NCBI GenBank assembly: GCA_024400875.1 | Contig: JAKSMB010000002.1 | Coordinates: 69,446-133,445 of the forward strand | Length of the DNA stretch: 64,000 nucleotides | Origin: Bacteroidales bacterium | GTDB taxonomy: Bacteria > Bacteroidota > Bacteroidia > Bacteroidales > WCHB1-69 | Direction of reading: 5' to 3' | Shown: positions 1 through 9,322 of the stretch, one piece after another | Layout: each line of letters starts with the position of its first letter | Numbering within the stretch: the stretch's first letter is position 1 | Translations under genes and position numbers: made by a program | The notes under the pieces: model-generated | What the model was told of the DNA's origin: nothing | The model's input: only the letters and a program-made list of their open reading frames with translations | The model's database searches: none

Positions 1-191
1 TTATGGGCGTGAGTGCGTTGCGTTTTATCGAAGGGTATGTAATAACAGAAGCGAAAGTTCTGCTTCGTAGTACAGATCTTTCGCTTCAGCAAATCAGTTT
101 AAGATTGAACTTCTCTACCCAGTCGGACTTCGGAAAATACTTTAAAAAATCGACAGGATTGTCGCCAAGTGCTTATCGGAAGGGTGATTAG
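1..191 (+). CDS. AraC-family transcriptional regulator, C-terminal HTH (5' truncated by window edge)
   Basis: EAKVLLRSTDLSLQQIS..LNFSTQSDFGKYFKKSTGLSPSAYR is the typical second HTH of AraC proteins. Confidence 0.85.
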   Translation, partial: MGVSALRFIEGYVITEAKVLLRSTDLSLQQISLRLNFSTQSDFGKYFKKSTGLSPSAYRKGD

Positions 192-535
192 CCTTCCAAC
201 TCAATAGCAATGTAGTCGGTTTGGTTGTCTAATGGTGGATTGAGTTTGCAAACCTTTACACGTACATTTTCCACTTCAGCAAATGTGGATTTAACAGATT
301 GAATGATTCTGCCTGCCAAAGTTTCTAACAGATGTGTGGGTTTGTCCATCACTTGGCGCACTAGCTCATAGACGGAGACGTAGTTGATGGCGTCTTCAAT
401 GTTGTCGGTTTCAACGGCTTTGGTGTTGCTGGTGGTAAGGGCAATGTCCACTACAAAGCGGGTGCCGATGGTTTGTTCTTCTTCAAAACAGCCGTGGTAG
501 CCGTAAAATCTCATACCGGAGATCAGTATTGTCAT
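188..535 (-). CDS. folB: Dihydroneopterin aldolase
   Basis: FYGYHGCFEEEQTIGTRFVVD, INYVSVY, LLETLA and KLNPP motifs; 115 aa. Confidence 0.93.
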   Translation of the reverse strand: MTILISGMRFYGYHGCFEEEQTIGTRFVVDIALTTSNTKAVETDNIEDAINYVSVYELVRQVMDKPTHLLETLAGRIIQSVKSTFAEVENVRVKVCKLNPPLDNQTDYIAIELEG

Positions 536-581
536 CTTAAAAAGGAATTGGTGTTGCTATTAGGTTAGAGATAGGTGCTTC

Positions 582-1394
582 TTATTTTGTAAACACCATG
601 TTGAGACCGAAATATTCGTAGTGACAACGGGTCTTGTTTTTTGCTTTTTTCTGTTCTAAGTCAATCACATCCTGCATGTTGTGGTCGTTGTATTTGAATG
701 GAAAATAGCGACGGATGTATTGAACGGAGTCGGAGTCTAATACGAAGGGGGTTTGGGCAAACGCCTCACGCCACTGTTTTTCACTGCGGATGTTTTCGTT
801 GCCCATCAAGACTTCTTTTTTCAAAACATCATCATACACGGAAATGATACGTTTGCTGCCACGTTGCTTGTAAAGCATGGCACGTTTGATGAGGCAGCCG
901 CCATTTTCTTCAATGAGAATGAGTTTGCCACCTTTTTTCAAAGCTTTGTAGAAGATCTCAAGACCTTCGTGCAAAGGCTCGATGTGGTGCAAGGTGTCTT
1001 GCAAAATGATATAATCAAACTTCTCAACTGGAATGTTTTGATCGAAGACGTTGGCATATTCGTAGTTGAATAAGCGAGTGTCTCCATATTGGTTCCAGTA
1101 CTGCTTGCGTTGCTCGATCTGGTCGGCATAGAACTCCAATGTGGTCCCATAGGTGGGTTGGCCGTTCATTGCCAAATAGAGGCAGGTGGAACCATAACCA
1201 CATCCGCAATCCCAGATGACGGGATTGCGGGATAGGTCTATGTGTTTATCTATAAAGTCTAAACGTTGTAGGAAGTAGGCTTTACGGAACTGTTGCTGTT
1301 GAATTGTTCCGTCCACCAACTTATAGTAAGGGTACAGCGACCTGTTTTGGTGTAGCTCCTCACATAGATGTTGATAGAATTCCTCTTTCTTCAT
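582..1394 (-). CDS. Class I SAM-dependent methyltransferase, substrate unknown
   Basis: Motif I IWDCGCGYG, FDYIILQDTLHH, LKKGGKLILIE; 9 bp downstream of typA. Confidence 0.85.
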   Translation of the reverse strand: MKKEEFYQHLCEELHQNRSLYPYYKLVDGTIQQQQFRKAYFLQRLDFIDKHIDLSRNPVIWDCGCGYGSTCLYLAMNGQPTYGTTLEFYADQIEQRKQYWNQYGDTRLFNYEYANVFDQNIPVEKFDYIILQDTLHHIEPLHEGLEIFYKALKKGGKLILIEENGGCLIKRAMLYKQRGSKRIISVYDDVLKKEVLMGNENIRSEKQWREAFAQTPFVLDSDSVQYIRRYFPFKYNDHNMQDVIDLEQKKAKNKTRCHYEYFGLNMVFTK

Positions 1395-1403
1395 AATGGA
1401 ATC

Positions 1404-3221
1404 TTATTCAGCTGCGTCGGCACGCTTCTCAGCACGTTTACGTTCGGTTTCATCGAGGATGATCTTACGCAGACGTAAGGATACTGGTGTGATTTCCAGA
1501 TATTCGTCCTTAGCGATGAATTCCATATATTGTTCCAAAGAATAACGAATTGGCGGAGCAAGTACCAACTTTTCGTCAGAACCAGCAGCACGCATGTTGG
1601 ACAATTTCTTGGACTTGCATACATTGATGACCAAGTCTCCCTGACGGATATGTTCACCAATAACTTGACCAGCATATACTTGTTCACCTGGTTCGATGAA
1701 GAAACGTCCGCGGTCTTGCAATTTGTTCACGGAGTATGCGTAAGCTTGACCTGTTTCCATTGCAATCAATGAACCTGCGTGACGGCCAGGGATTTCACCC
1801 TTCCAAGGTTCGAAGGCGATGAAACGGTGGGAAACGATGGCTTCACCTTCAGTGGCGGTGAGCAATTGGTTGCTCAAACCGATCAAACCACGTGATGGGA
1901 TCTTGAAGGTCAAATGAACACGGTCGTTCAAGGTGTCCATCGACATCATCTCACCTTTGCGGCGGGCAACGTGGTCGATAACTCTACTGGACATCTCTTC
2001 TGGAACCAATACGGTAAGCTCTTCAATAGGCTCACATTTTTGACCATCAATTTCTTTGATAATAACTTGTGGTTGACCAACTTGCAATTCGTAACCTTCA
2101 CGACGCATAGTCTCAATGAGGATGGAGAGGTGCAGAATACCACGACCAAACACATTCATACGGTCTGGAGAGTCGGTCTCCTCAATACGCATAGCGAGGT
2201 TCTTTTCAAGTTCAGCGAAAAGACGATCGCGCAGGTGACGAGAGGTTACGTATTTACCTTCTTTACCGAAGAATGGAGAGTTGTTGATCGTGAACAACAT
2301 ACTCATGGTTGGCTCGTCCACCTTGATAGGGGTGAGCTGTTCTGGATTTTCATAGTCTGCTACAGTGTCGCCAATTTCGAAGTTGTCGAGACCCAATACG
2401 GCGCAAAGTTCACCTGCCTCAACTGGCGTTTTGATTTTTTCTTTGCCAAGACCTTCAAATACGTAAAGTTCTTTAACTTTAGCTTGTTGAACGGTACCAT
2501 CGCGTTTTACGAGAGATACGTTCTGGCCCCAGGCGATGCTACCACGTTTTACACGTCCTACGGCAATACGACCTACATAGGAGGAGTAGTCTAATGAGGA
2601 AATCATCATCTGAAGTGTACCCGGCTCAACCTTTGGAGCTGGAATGTGTTTAACGATAGTGTCCAGCAGGTAGGAAATATCGTTGGTTGGATTTTGCCAA
2701 TCTGGACCCATCCAGCCGTTTTTGGCAGAACCATACACGGTTGGGAAGTCGAGCTGTTCGTCGCTTGCACCTAAGTTGAACATCAATTCAAATACAGCCT
2801 CTTGTGCCAATTCAGGTTGACAGTTTGACTTGTCCACCTTGTTGATGACAACGATAGGCTTGAGACCGAGCTCGATAGCCTTTTGGGTTACGAAACGGGT
2901 TTGAGGCATCGGACCTTCGAAAGCGTCCACCACCAGCAATACACCGTCAGCCATATTCAGTACACGTTCAACCTCACCACCGAAGTCGCTGTGTCCCGGA
3001 GTATCAATAACGTTGATCTTTACATCTTTATAACGAACAGAGACGTTTTTGGAAAGGATTGTAATACCTCTTTCACGTTCCAAATCATTGTTGTCCAAAA
3101 TCAAATCTTGAACTTGTTGGTTGTCTCTGAACAGATGAGATTGGTGTAAAATTCTATCTACTAACGTTGTTTTACCGTGGTCAACGTGGGCGATGATTGC
3201 TATATTTCTGATTTCCTGCAT
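1404..3221 (-). CDS. typA: Translational GTPase TypA/BipA
   Basis: [38 protein letters not shown], and C-terminal [12 protein letters not shown]. Start moved to ATG at 3221 (MQEIRN), downstream of the promoter box. Confidence 0.97.
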   Translation of the reverse strand: MQEIRNIAIIAHVDHGKTTLVDRILHQSHLFRDNQQVQDLILDNNDLERERGITILSKNVSVRYKDVKINVIDTPGHSDFGGEVERVLNMADGVLLVVDAFEGPMPQTRFVTQKAIELGLKPIVVINKVDKSNCQPELAQEAVFELMFNLGASDEQLDFPTVYGSAKNGWMGPDWQNPTNDISYLLDTIVKHIPAPKVEPGTLQMMISSLDYSSYVGRIAVGRVKRGSIAWGQNVSLVKRDGTVQQAKVKELYVFEGLGKEKIKTPVEAGELCAVLGLDNFEIGDTVADYENPEQLTPIKVDEPTMSMLFTINNSPFFGKEGKYVTSRHLRDRLFAELEKNLAMRIEETDSPDRMNVFGRGILHLSILIETMRREGYELQVGQPQVIIKEIDGQKCEPIEELTVLVPEEMSSRVIDHVARRKGEMMSMDTLNDRVHLTFKIPSRGLIGLSNQLLTATEGEAIVSHRFIAFEPWKGEIPGRHAGSLIAMETGQAYAYSVNKLQDRGRFFIEPGEQVYAGQVIGEHIRQGDLVINVCKSKKLSNMRAAGSDEKLVLAPPIRYSLEQYMEFIAKDEYLEITPVSLRLRKIILDETERKRAEKRADAAE

Positions 3222-3246
3222 TTTATGAAATTTTCTTAAAAACTTG

Positions 3247-3254
3247 CAAAAATA
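3247..3254 (-). promoter_or_regulatory. Bacteroidota -7 promoter box (TATTTTTG) for typA-methyltransferase-folB
   Basis: Matches TAnnTTTG, 25 nt upstream of the typA ATG. Confidence 0.7.
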
Positions 3255-3322
3255 CAAAAAAAAAGTAATAGTTCCAAAATGGAAAGTGGGGCTGGACTAA
3301 TGCCGATAGGAAATTGTATAAG

Positions 3323-3571
3323 TTAACGACGAAGCCAAATGATGCTTTCGCCATCGTTGCCGAAACGTGCACTAACCTCTTGAATTCTAGGTGCGTGCAA
3401 ACGATGACGTACGGCCTCTTGCAACGCAGTCCCATTGTTGTAACCATGTATTACGATGATTTTCTCCGTGGTTTTGGGAGCACTGGCTATAAAGGCGCGC
3501 AGCCGTTGCAGCGCTTCTTCAACATAAAGCCCGTGAAGGTTGATGGTTAAGGTGTTGCTTTGTTTTGCCAT
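3323..3571 (-). CDS. Stand-alone Smr-domain protein
   Basis: INLHGLYVEEAL..L..FI and IIVIHGYNNGTALQEAVR..L..GNDGES. Start at MAKQ; its own TATTTTTG box lies at 3581-3588. Confidence 0.82.
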   Translation of the reverse strand: MAKQSNTLTINLHGLYVEEALQRLRAFIASAPKTTEKIIVIHGYNNGTALQEAVRHRLHAPRIQEVSARFGNDGESIIWLRR

Positions 3572-3580
3572 AATTAGCTG

Positions 3581-3629
3581 CAAAAATACAAAAAAATAGC
3601 GCGTTTGACCGTCCTATTTTGTATATTTG
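3581..3629. promoter_or_regulatory. Divergent -7 promoter boxes (Smr gene on -, M16 peptidase on +)
   Basis: TATTTTTG on - (3581-3588) and TATATTTG on + (3622-3629). Confidence 0.65.
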
Positions 3630-3664
3630 CATTTCTCACAATATTCAAATAATTTATTCTTATA

Positions 3665-6568
3665 ATGAAAAAAATTACACTATTATCAATTTGCTTGTTG
3701 CTGGTTGCCTTCTTGTCGGCCCAGAAAAGCCAAATTAAGACAGTAACCCTCGCCAATGGTATGAATGTGGTTCTTTGTGAAGACCATTCCGAACCACGTG
3801 TCTGGGGCGCTGTGTGTGTACACGCTGGCGCTAAAAACGACCCTCTGGATAATACCGGTATGGCCCACTATCTCGAACACATCATGTTTAAAGGTACCGA
3901 TAAGATAGGTACCATCGATTGGCCCTCCGAAAAAGTTTATCTCGACAGCATCACCCTCATGTACGACATCCTTCATGATGTTACAGATGTTGACAAAAGA
4001 AATGAGATTCTTTTGAAGATCAACGATCTCAACAACAAAGCTACCAATTACGCTATCCCTAATGAGGTAGATGTTATTTTAGGTAAAATGGGTGGCGAAG
4101 GCGTCAATGCTTTTACTTCTAATGACGTAACCGTTTATTTGAATTCTTTTCCGACAAATCAAATGGAAAAATGGTTGAACGTATATACCGAACGTTTCCG
4201 TAACCCGATTTTCCGTTTGTTCCAAAGCGAGTTGGAGGCCGTTTACGAAGAATATAATATGTATCAAGATCAGCCGATTTCCTCTTTTATGGAAGATGCA
4301 TTGGCAACCGCTTACGGTGAACACCCTTACGGCCGCCCTGTCATTGGTTATCAGAAACATCTGAAAAACCCGCAAACGTCGGCTATGCAGAAGTTCTTCA
4401 ATACCTATTACCACCCATGCAATATGACGCTGGTGCTGGTGGGCGACTTCTCTGCTTCCAGCATCCGACCTTTGTTGGATAATACAATCGGAAAATTGCA
4501 TAACGAGGGTGATGGTGTGGACAAGACACTTGCTTATCGCACCGAACGTATGAATACGGATTTGAATATGGATGTGAAACCTTTCGAAGGAAAACAGGTG
4601 GTGAACGTTAAGGAAACTCCTATCAAGATGGGCGTTATGGGCTTCCAAACCTGCGGATCCAAAGATCCCGAAGCTTTCTATCTCGATATCATGAGCGCGC
4701 TCCTGAATAATGACTCCGGAACCGGTTTGCTTGATCGTTTGAATAACGAAAATAAAGTGATGGAAGCGTCGGCTTTCAACTACGGCATGCTCGAAAAAGG
4801 GCTGTTCGCTTTCTTCTATGTACCCAAACTGATCGGACAGTCGCACGAACAGGCTGAGGATCTTATTCTGGCAGCTGTTGATTCACTGCGCAAGGGCCAC
4901 TTCAGCGACGATCTCTTTGAAGCTGTGAAGATGGAATGCCTGAAGGACTTTCTGTCAAGCACGGAGTCGCTGCACGATAAGTTCAACACCATACTGGATA
5001 TGGTTATGAGCAAGCAGATGCCTGAGGAACTGGCTGCTCGTGAACAGAAAATCCGTAATCTTACAAAACAAGATATTGTCAACTTGGCCAAGAAGTATTT
5101 TGGCGACAATATGTTGATGTTCCGCTCCAGCATGGGTGTCAAACAACATGAAAAACTTGAGAAACCGAACTGGAAGCCGGTGGTGGCTCAAAATACCGAA
5201 GCAAAATCGGATTATGCAAAGTCTATCGAAGATATGCCGGTGGCTTCAATTACCCCTCAAGTGATTAACTTTGAAGAAAAAGTGAGCATCGTCCCAGTAA
5301 ACGAAAGCTTTAACTTGTATGGCACAAAAAATCCATGCAACGACATGTTCTCTATGGATGTTGTGTTCAACTACGGTTCTCTTCGCGATCGTAATTTCGA
5401 TAATGCAATTGAATATGTGTCTATGCAGGGAACCAAAGATAATTCTTTTGAGGCTTTCCAACTGGCATTGCAACGCTTAGGTGCTTCTATGTCAATGTAT
5501 GCCACTGGTGATGAACTGCATGTTTCCATTTCAGGATTTGATAAGGATATGGAACAGATTCTCAACCTCTGTCGCGAGAAAATTTACAGCCCTGCCAATG
5601 ACGAATCCAAATTGCTGAAAATCATTGACAATAAGGCCAGCGAGGCTTCTATGACAAAGAATGATGCCTCTGAATGGGGTAGAGCATTGTACTATTACGC
5701 GATTTATGGGGCCAATTCTCCTAAACTGATGGATCCTTCATTAAAAGAGGTGAAAAAATATACGGGAGATGTGTTGTTGCAATCGTTTGCTCGCGCCCTC
5801 GAGTACGACGGCTCGGTGACCTATGTGGGCAACTTGAACTATAAGGATGTGGCCAAACTGTTGAGCAAAACGATTTTAACTACTTCTCAGGCAAAACAGG
5901 GTGAAAAGAACATCCGTCCAGTGGAAAACTACGATACGCCAACCTTGTTCTTGGTTTCCAACAAACATTTCTTGCAAAGCAACATTTATTATTATGTGCC
6001 GGGCAACCCTTTGGAGGATGAGAAGTCACGTGTGCGCTGCGATGCGTATAACGAGTATATGGGTGGTGGTATGGCTGGCGTCATCTTCCAAGAGATTCGC
6101 GAACTCCGCTCCTTGGGCTATACCGCTTACGCCGCTTATTCCTACGATGAACTGAACCGCCGTCCCGGTTTCTTGATGGGTTTCCTGGGTACTCAATCGG
6201 ATAAAACCAATGAGGGTTGCGATGCCATGAGCGAGCTGATGATAAAGTTTCCTGCTAAGCCTGAAAAATTCGATATGGCAAAAACTTCTCTGTTGAAGAA
6301 AATGGAATTGGATTACATAAACTTCCGTGATCTTCCTGCTACAGTGAAGAATTGGATGGAACAAGGTTATACTTCGGACCCGAGAGTGGAACGTATGGCT
6401 ATTCTGAACAACATCACGATGCAAGATGTGGAGAAATTCCATAAAGCCAACATTGCCGAGCGTCCTATGATTATCACGGTGGCTGGCGATAAGAGCAGAA
6501 TCAATATGGATGAGCTCGGAAAGACTTATAAGATTGTCAATCTGAAGTATAAGGATATCTTTAGATAG
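3665..6568 (+). CDS. Exported M16 (insulinase/PqqL-like) zinc peptidase
   Basis: Signal peptide, TLANGMNV, inverted zinc motif HYLEH, NAFTSND, and a second inactive half with FQEIRELRSLGY. Confidence 0.92.
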   Translation: MKKITLLSICLLLVAFLSAQKSQIKTVTLANGMNVVLCEDHSEPRVWGAVCVHAGAKNDPLDNTGMAHYLEHIMFKGTDKIGTIDWPSEKVYLDSITLMYDILHDVTDVDKRNEILLKINDLNNKATNYAIPNEVDVILGKMGGEGVNAFTSNDVTVYLNSFPTNQMEKWLNVYTERFRNPIFRLFQSELEAVYEEYNMYQDQPISSFMEDALATAYGEHPYGRPVIGYQKHLKNPQTSAMQKFFNTYYHPCNMTLVLVGDFSASSIRPLLDNTIGKLHNEGDGVDKTLAYRTERMNTDLNMDVKPFEGKQVVNVKETPIKMGVMGFQTCGSKDPEAFYLDIMSALLNNDSGTGLLDRLNNENKVMEASAFNYGMLEKGLFAFFYVPKLIGQSHEQAEDLILAAVDSLRKGHFSDDLFEAVKMECLKDFLSSTESLHDKFNTILDMVMSKQMPEELAAREQKIRNLTKQDIVNLAKKYFGDNMLMFRSSMGVKQHEKLEKPNWKPVVAQNTEAKSDYAKSIEDMPVASITPQVINFEEKVSIVPVNESFNLYGTKNPCNDMFSMDVVFNYGSLRDRNFDNAIEYVSMQGTKDNSFEAFQLALQRLGASMSMYATGDELHVSISGFDKDMEQILNLCREKIYSPANDESKLLKIIDNKASEASMTKNDASEWGRALYYYAIYGANSPKLMDPSLKEVKKYTGDVLLQSFARALEYDGSVTYVGNLNYKDVAKLLSKTILTTSQAKQGEKNIRPVENYDTPTLFLVSNKHFLQSNIYYYVPGNPLEDEKSRVRCDAYNEYMGGGMAGVIFQEIRELRSLGYTAYAAYSYDELNRRPGFLMGFLGTQSDKTNEGCDAMSELMIKFPAKPEKFDMAKTSLLKKMELDYINFRDLPATVKNWMEQGYTSDPRVERMAILNNITMQDVEKFHKANIAERPMIITVAGDKSRINMDELGKTYKIVNLKYKDIFR

Positions 6569-6572
6569 TCTA

Positions 6573-6663
6573 TTTGGGCGGCCCGGCACCGCCGTTGTGC
6601 CGGTAATGCGCAACGACACGTTCCGATAAAACCGGCGGATGCCGTCACGCTTTCCACCCTAAC
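6573..6663 (+). ncRNA. Candidate structured ncRNA or repeat element
   Basis: GC-rich. Possible closing stem TTTGGGCGG/CCACCCTAA, perfect hairpin CCGGCAC/GTGCCGG, second imperfect arm ending TCCG/CGGA; followed directly by a strong terminator. Confidence 0.35.
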
Positions 6664-6671
6664 TTCGCGCC

Positions 6672-6712
6672 ACGGGTGCGTGCTTATACGTATGGCACGC
6701 ACCCGTTTTTTT
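6672..6712 (+). terminator. Intrinsic terminator after the M16 gene and candidate ncRNA
   Basis: 12-bp perfect stem ACGGGTGCGTGC/GCACGCACCCGT followed by a T run. Confidence 0.88.
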
Positions 6713-6824
6713 ATGTTGCCGTCCTATTATTACCTGACAGGCCGGCGCTCGTAAATGGGTTTCAATCGTTGCCGCAATATGCCTTGCTTCCCATCGCCGC
6801 TCGTTTGTGCGCCACCACGGCATG

Positions 6825-6856
6825 AAAAAACCGACCACCCGGAATCGGATAGTCGG
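6825..6856 (-). terminator. Intrinsic terminator of mreB
   Basis: On -: CCGACTATCCG-ATTC-CGGGTGGTCGG followed by TTTTTT. Confidence 0.82.
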
Positions 6857-6887
6857 CCTCAATTATAAAAAAGACTTGATTCAGTTG

Positions 6888-7910
6888 TTATTTCATCAGG
6901 AATGGGAACTTGTCGAAGTTCTTAAGTGCGATAGCTGTACCACGAGCAACTGCTTTCAAAGGATCTTCAGCTACGTGAACCTTAAGTGTGGTTTTCTTGC
7001 TGATACGTTTGTCGAGACCACGAAGCAGTGAACCACCACCGGCAAGATAGATACCTGTTTTGTAAATATCTGCAGAAAGCTCAGGCTGTGTTTTTTCCAA
7101 AGCGTTGATGACAGCTGTTTCAATCAAAGAGATGGAAGCGTCTAATGCGTGAGCGATTTCGCGGTAGCTAACCTTGACAGCCTTTGGAATACCTTCCACG
7201 AGGTCGCGGCCGTATACTTCGTAATCTACTGGAGGGTTTTCCAGGTCTTCTACTGCAGCACCAACGTTGATCTTGATTTGTTCTGCGGTAGCCACACCGA
7301 TAGCGATGTTGTGGGTACGACGCATATAGTCGATGATGTCGGCGTTGAAACGGTCGCCGGCGATCTTAACGGAAGTGCTGGTTGTAATACCACCGAGGGC
7401 GATGACAGCGATTTCGCTGGTACCACCACCGATGTCGATTACCATATTACCATTGGCATCGAGTACGTCAATGCCGATACCGATAGCAGCAGCCATAGGC
7501 TCGTGAATCATTCTTACTTCTTTAGCACCAGCTTGTTCTGCGGAGTCGCGTACTGCACGCTCCTCAACTTCAGTAATGCCAGAAGGAATACAGATAACCA
7601 TCTTGAGTGCTGGAGGGAAAATGTAACCCTTGGAGCCAGTCATCTTGATGAATTCGCGCAACATCAACTCTGTTGCTTGGAAGTTTGCGATAACGCCGTC
7701 ACGAAGAGGACGTTCTGTGCATATGTTGTTTGGACAACGGCCTTCCATCATCAACGCCTTCTTACCAACCGCTTTCACTGATTTGGTCTTTTGGTCAAAG
7801 GCAATAATGGATGGCTCATCAACCACCACCTGATTGTTGTGCAAAATCACGGTGTTGGCAGTGCCCAAGTCAATAGCAAGTTCTTTTGTAAATGCCGAAA
7901 ATAGACCCAT
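6888..7910 (-). CDS. mreB: Rod shape-determining actin homologue MreB
   Basis: AIDLGTANT, PLRDGVIA, EPMAAAIG, DIGGGTSE, LAGGGSLLRGL. Confidence 0.96.
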   Translation of the reverse strand: MGLFSAFTKELAIDLGTANTVILHNNQVVVDEPSIIAFDQKTKSVKAVGKKALMMEGRCPNNICTERPLRDGVIANFQATELMLREFIKMTGSKGYIFPPALKMVICIPSGITEVEERAVRDSAEQAGAKEVRMIHEPMAAAIGIGIDVLDANGNMVIDIGGGTSEIAVIALGGITTSTSVKIAGDRFNADIIDYMRRTHNIAIGVATAEQIKINVGAAVEDLENPPVDYEVYGRDLVEGIPKAVKVSYREIAHALDASISLIETAVINALEKTQPELSADIYKTGIYLAGGGSLLRGLDKRISKKTTLKVHVAEDPLKAVARGTAIALKNFDKFPFLMK

Positions 7911-7931
7911 TTAATGTAAAATTTAAGTTTG

Positions 7932-8002
7932 CAAAGATACAAAAAATCAAACTCTTTTTACGGAGGTTTCTTAATAAAGTTACATCATTTTTTGTACTTT
8001 TG
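7932..8002. promoter_or_regulatory. Divergent -7 boxes for mreB (-) and SPOR-folD (+)
   Basis: TATCTTTG on - (7932-7939); TACTTTTG on + (7995-8002). Confidence 0.65.
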
Positions 8003-8016
8003 CAGAAAATATTTTT

Positions 8017-8409
8017 ATGAGGAATTTTTACTTGACCATATTATTGATATTCCTTGGATTGGCAGCTTTTGCTCAGCAAAATGTCCGCTATGATGTGGAG
8101 CCGATTGTGCAAACAATTCAGGAAGATTATATCAAAACTTGGAATAAAATAGGCGAAGTGAATGGCTATAGGATACAAATCCTCGCTATCACGGGAGCAA
8201 ACTCCCGCACAACGGCTGAAAATGAGAGATCCGTTTTTGCTGCAAGATATCCGGAGACTCCATCTTTCCTCTCTTATGCCGAACCCTACTTCAGAGTCCG
8301 TGTAGGCAACTTCGCTACACGCTTGGAAGCTTACAAGACTTTGCTCGACATTCAGGAAAACTATCCTAATGCCTATATCGTTCCCGATAAAATCACTTAT
8401 ATAGAATAA
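8017..8409 (+). CDS. Exported SPOR-domain protein
   Basis: Signal peptide; GYRIQI, PYFRVRVGNFATRLEA, YPNAYIV. Confidence 0.85.
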   Translation: MRNFYLTILLIFLGLAAFAQQNVRYDVEPIVQTIQEDYIKTWNKIGEVNGYRIQILAITGANSRTTAENERSVFAARYPETPSFLSYAEPYFRVRVGNFATRLEAYKTLLDIQENYPNAYIVPDKITYIE

Positions 8410-8420
8410 TAGTATCATTT

Positions 8421-9293
8421 ATGAAGATAATCGATGGTAAGGCTTGTGCCCAACAGATAAAAAATCAAATTGCAAAAGAGGTTGAAAAGATAAATGCCAT
8501 CGGTTTTCGTGTACCGAAAATGGCGATTATGCTCGTGGGCGATCGCGCCGACAGCGTATCGTATGTGCGTAGCAAGGAGAAAACCTGCAAGTCTTTGGGC
8601 ATGGATTGCGATACCTATATTTTTCCTGAAAATACGCCGGAACAGGAGGTTATGGATTTGATATCTCGCTTGAATCAGGACTGTAATGTCGATGCAATGC
8701 TGATCCAGCTCCCATTACCTGCCCATTACGATAGTGCTAAGATTCTGGATTCCATCGATTATCGAAAAGATGCAGATGGGTTACATCTGATGAATGTTGG
8801 CCTGCTGCATTTGGGCGAACCGTATGTGATGCCTTGCACTCCTAAGGGAATTATGAGCCTTTTGGAAACCAATGGGATCGAAGTCGCTGGCAAGCATGCG
8901 GTGGTCATTGGCAGAAGTCAGCTCGTAGGTGAGCCAACTGCCCAGCTGCTCATCCGTCAGAATGCAACGGTTACACTTTGCCATTCGCACACCAACAACC
9001 TATCGCAAATCACCCGTATCGCTGATATCGTGATTACTGCTGCGGGTTCGCCAAATCTTCTGAAGGCTGAAGATTTCAAGGAGGGTGCCATATTGATAGA
9101 TGTGGCCATCAATCGCACAGATGATGGTTTGGAGGGCGATGTGTATAGCCCTCGCACACGTGAGGCTTTGGAGCAGCGACTGTCTGCCGCCACGCCTGTG
9201 CCCGGTGGCGTAGGCCCGATGACCATCGCTATGTTGATGCAGAATGTATTAGATATGTATAAGATAAAAAACAAAAAAAGCCTTGACTTCTAA
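8421..9293 (+). CDS. folD: Methylenetetrahydrofolate dehydrogenase/cyclohydrolase
   Basis: IIDGK, YVRSK, IQLPLP, KDADG, PCTPKG, VIGRSQLVG, TPVPGGVGPMT. Confidence 0.96.
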   Translation: MKIIDGKACAQQIKNQIAKEVEKINAIGFRVPKMAIMLVGDRADSVSYVRSKEKTCKSLGMDCDTYIFPENTPEQEVMDLISRLNQDCNVDAMLIQLPLPAHYDSAKILDSIDYRKDADGLHLMNVGLLHLGEPYVMPCTPKGIMSLLETNGIEVAGKHAVVIGRSQLVGEPTAQLLIRQNATVTLCHSHTNNLSQITRIADIVITAAGSPNLLKAEDFKEGAILIDVAINRTDDGLEGDVYSPRTREALEQRLSAATPVPGGVGPMTIAMLMQNVLDMYKIKNKKSLDF

Positions 9294-9312
9294 GCCAAGG
9301 CTTTTGTTTTTC
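9273..9312. terminator. Bidirectional terminator between folD and the M64 gene
   Basis: AAAAGCCTTG..CAAGGCTTTT with A and T flanks between convergent genes. Confidence 0.75.
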
Positions 9313-9322
9313 TCGTAGACTT

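Noticed and set aside
6659-6862. 67-aa ORF on - strand in the structured intergenic region
   Set aside because: It crosses two terminator hairpins and has no protein-like features or promoter.
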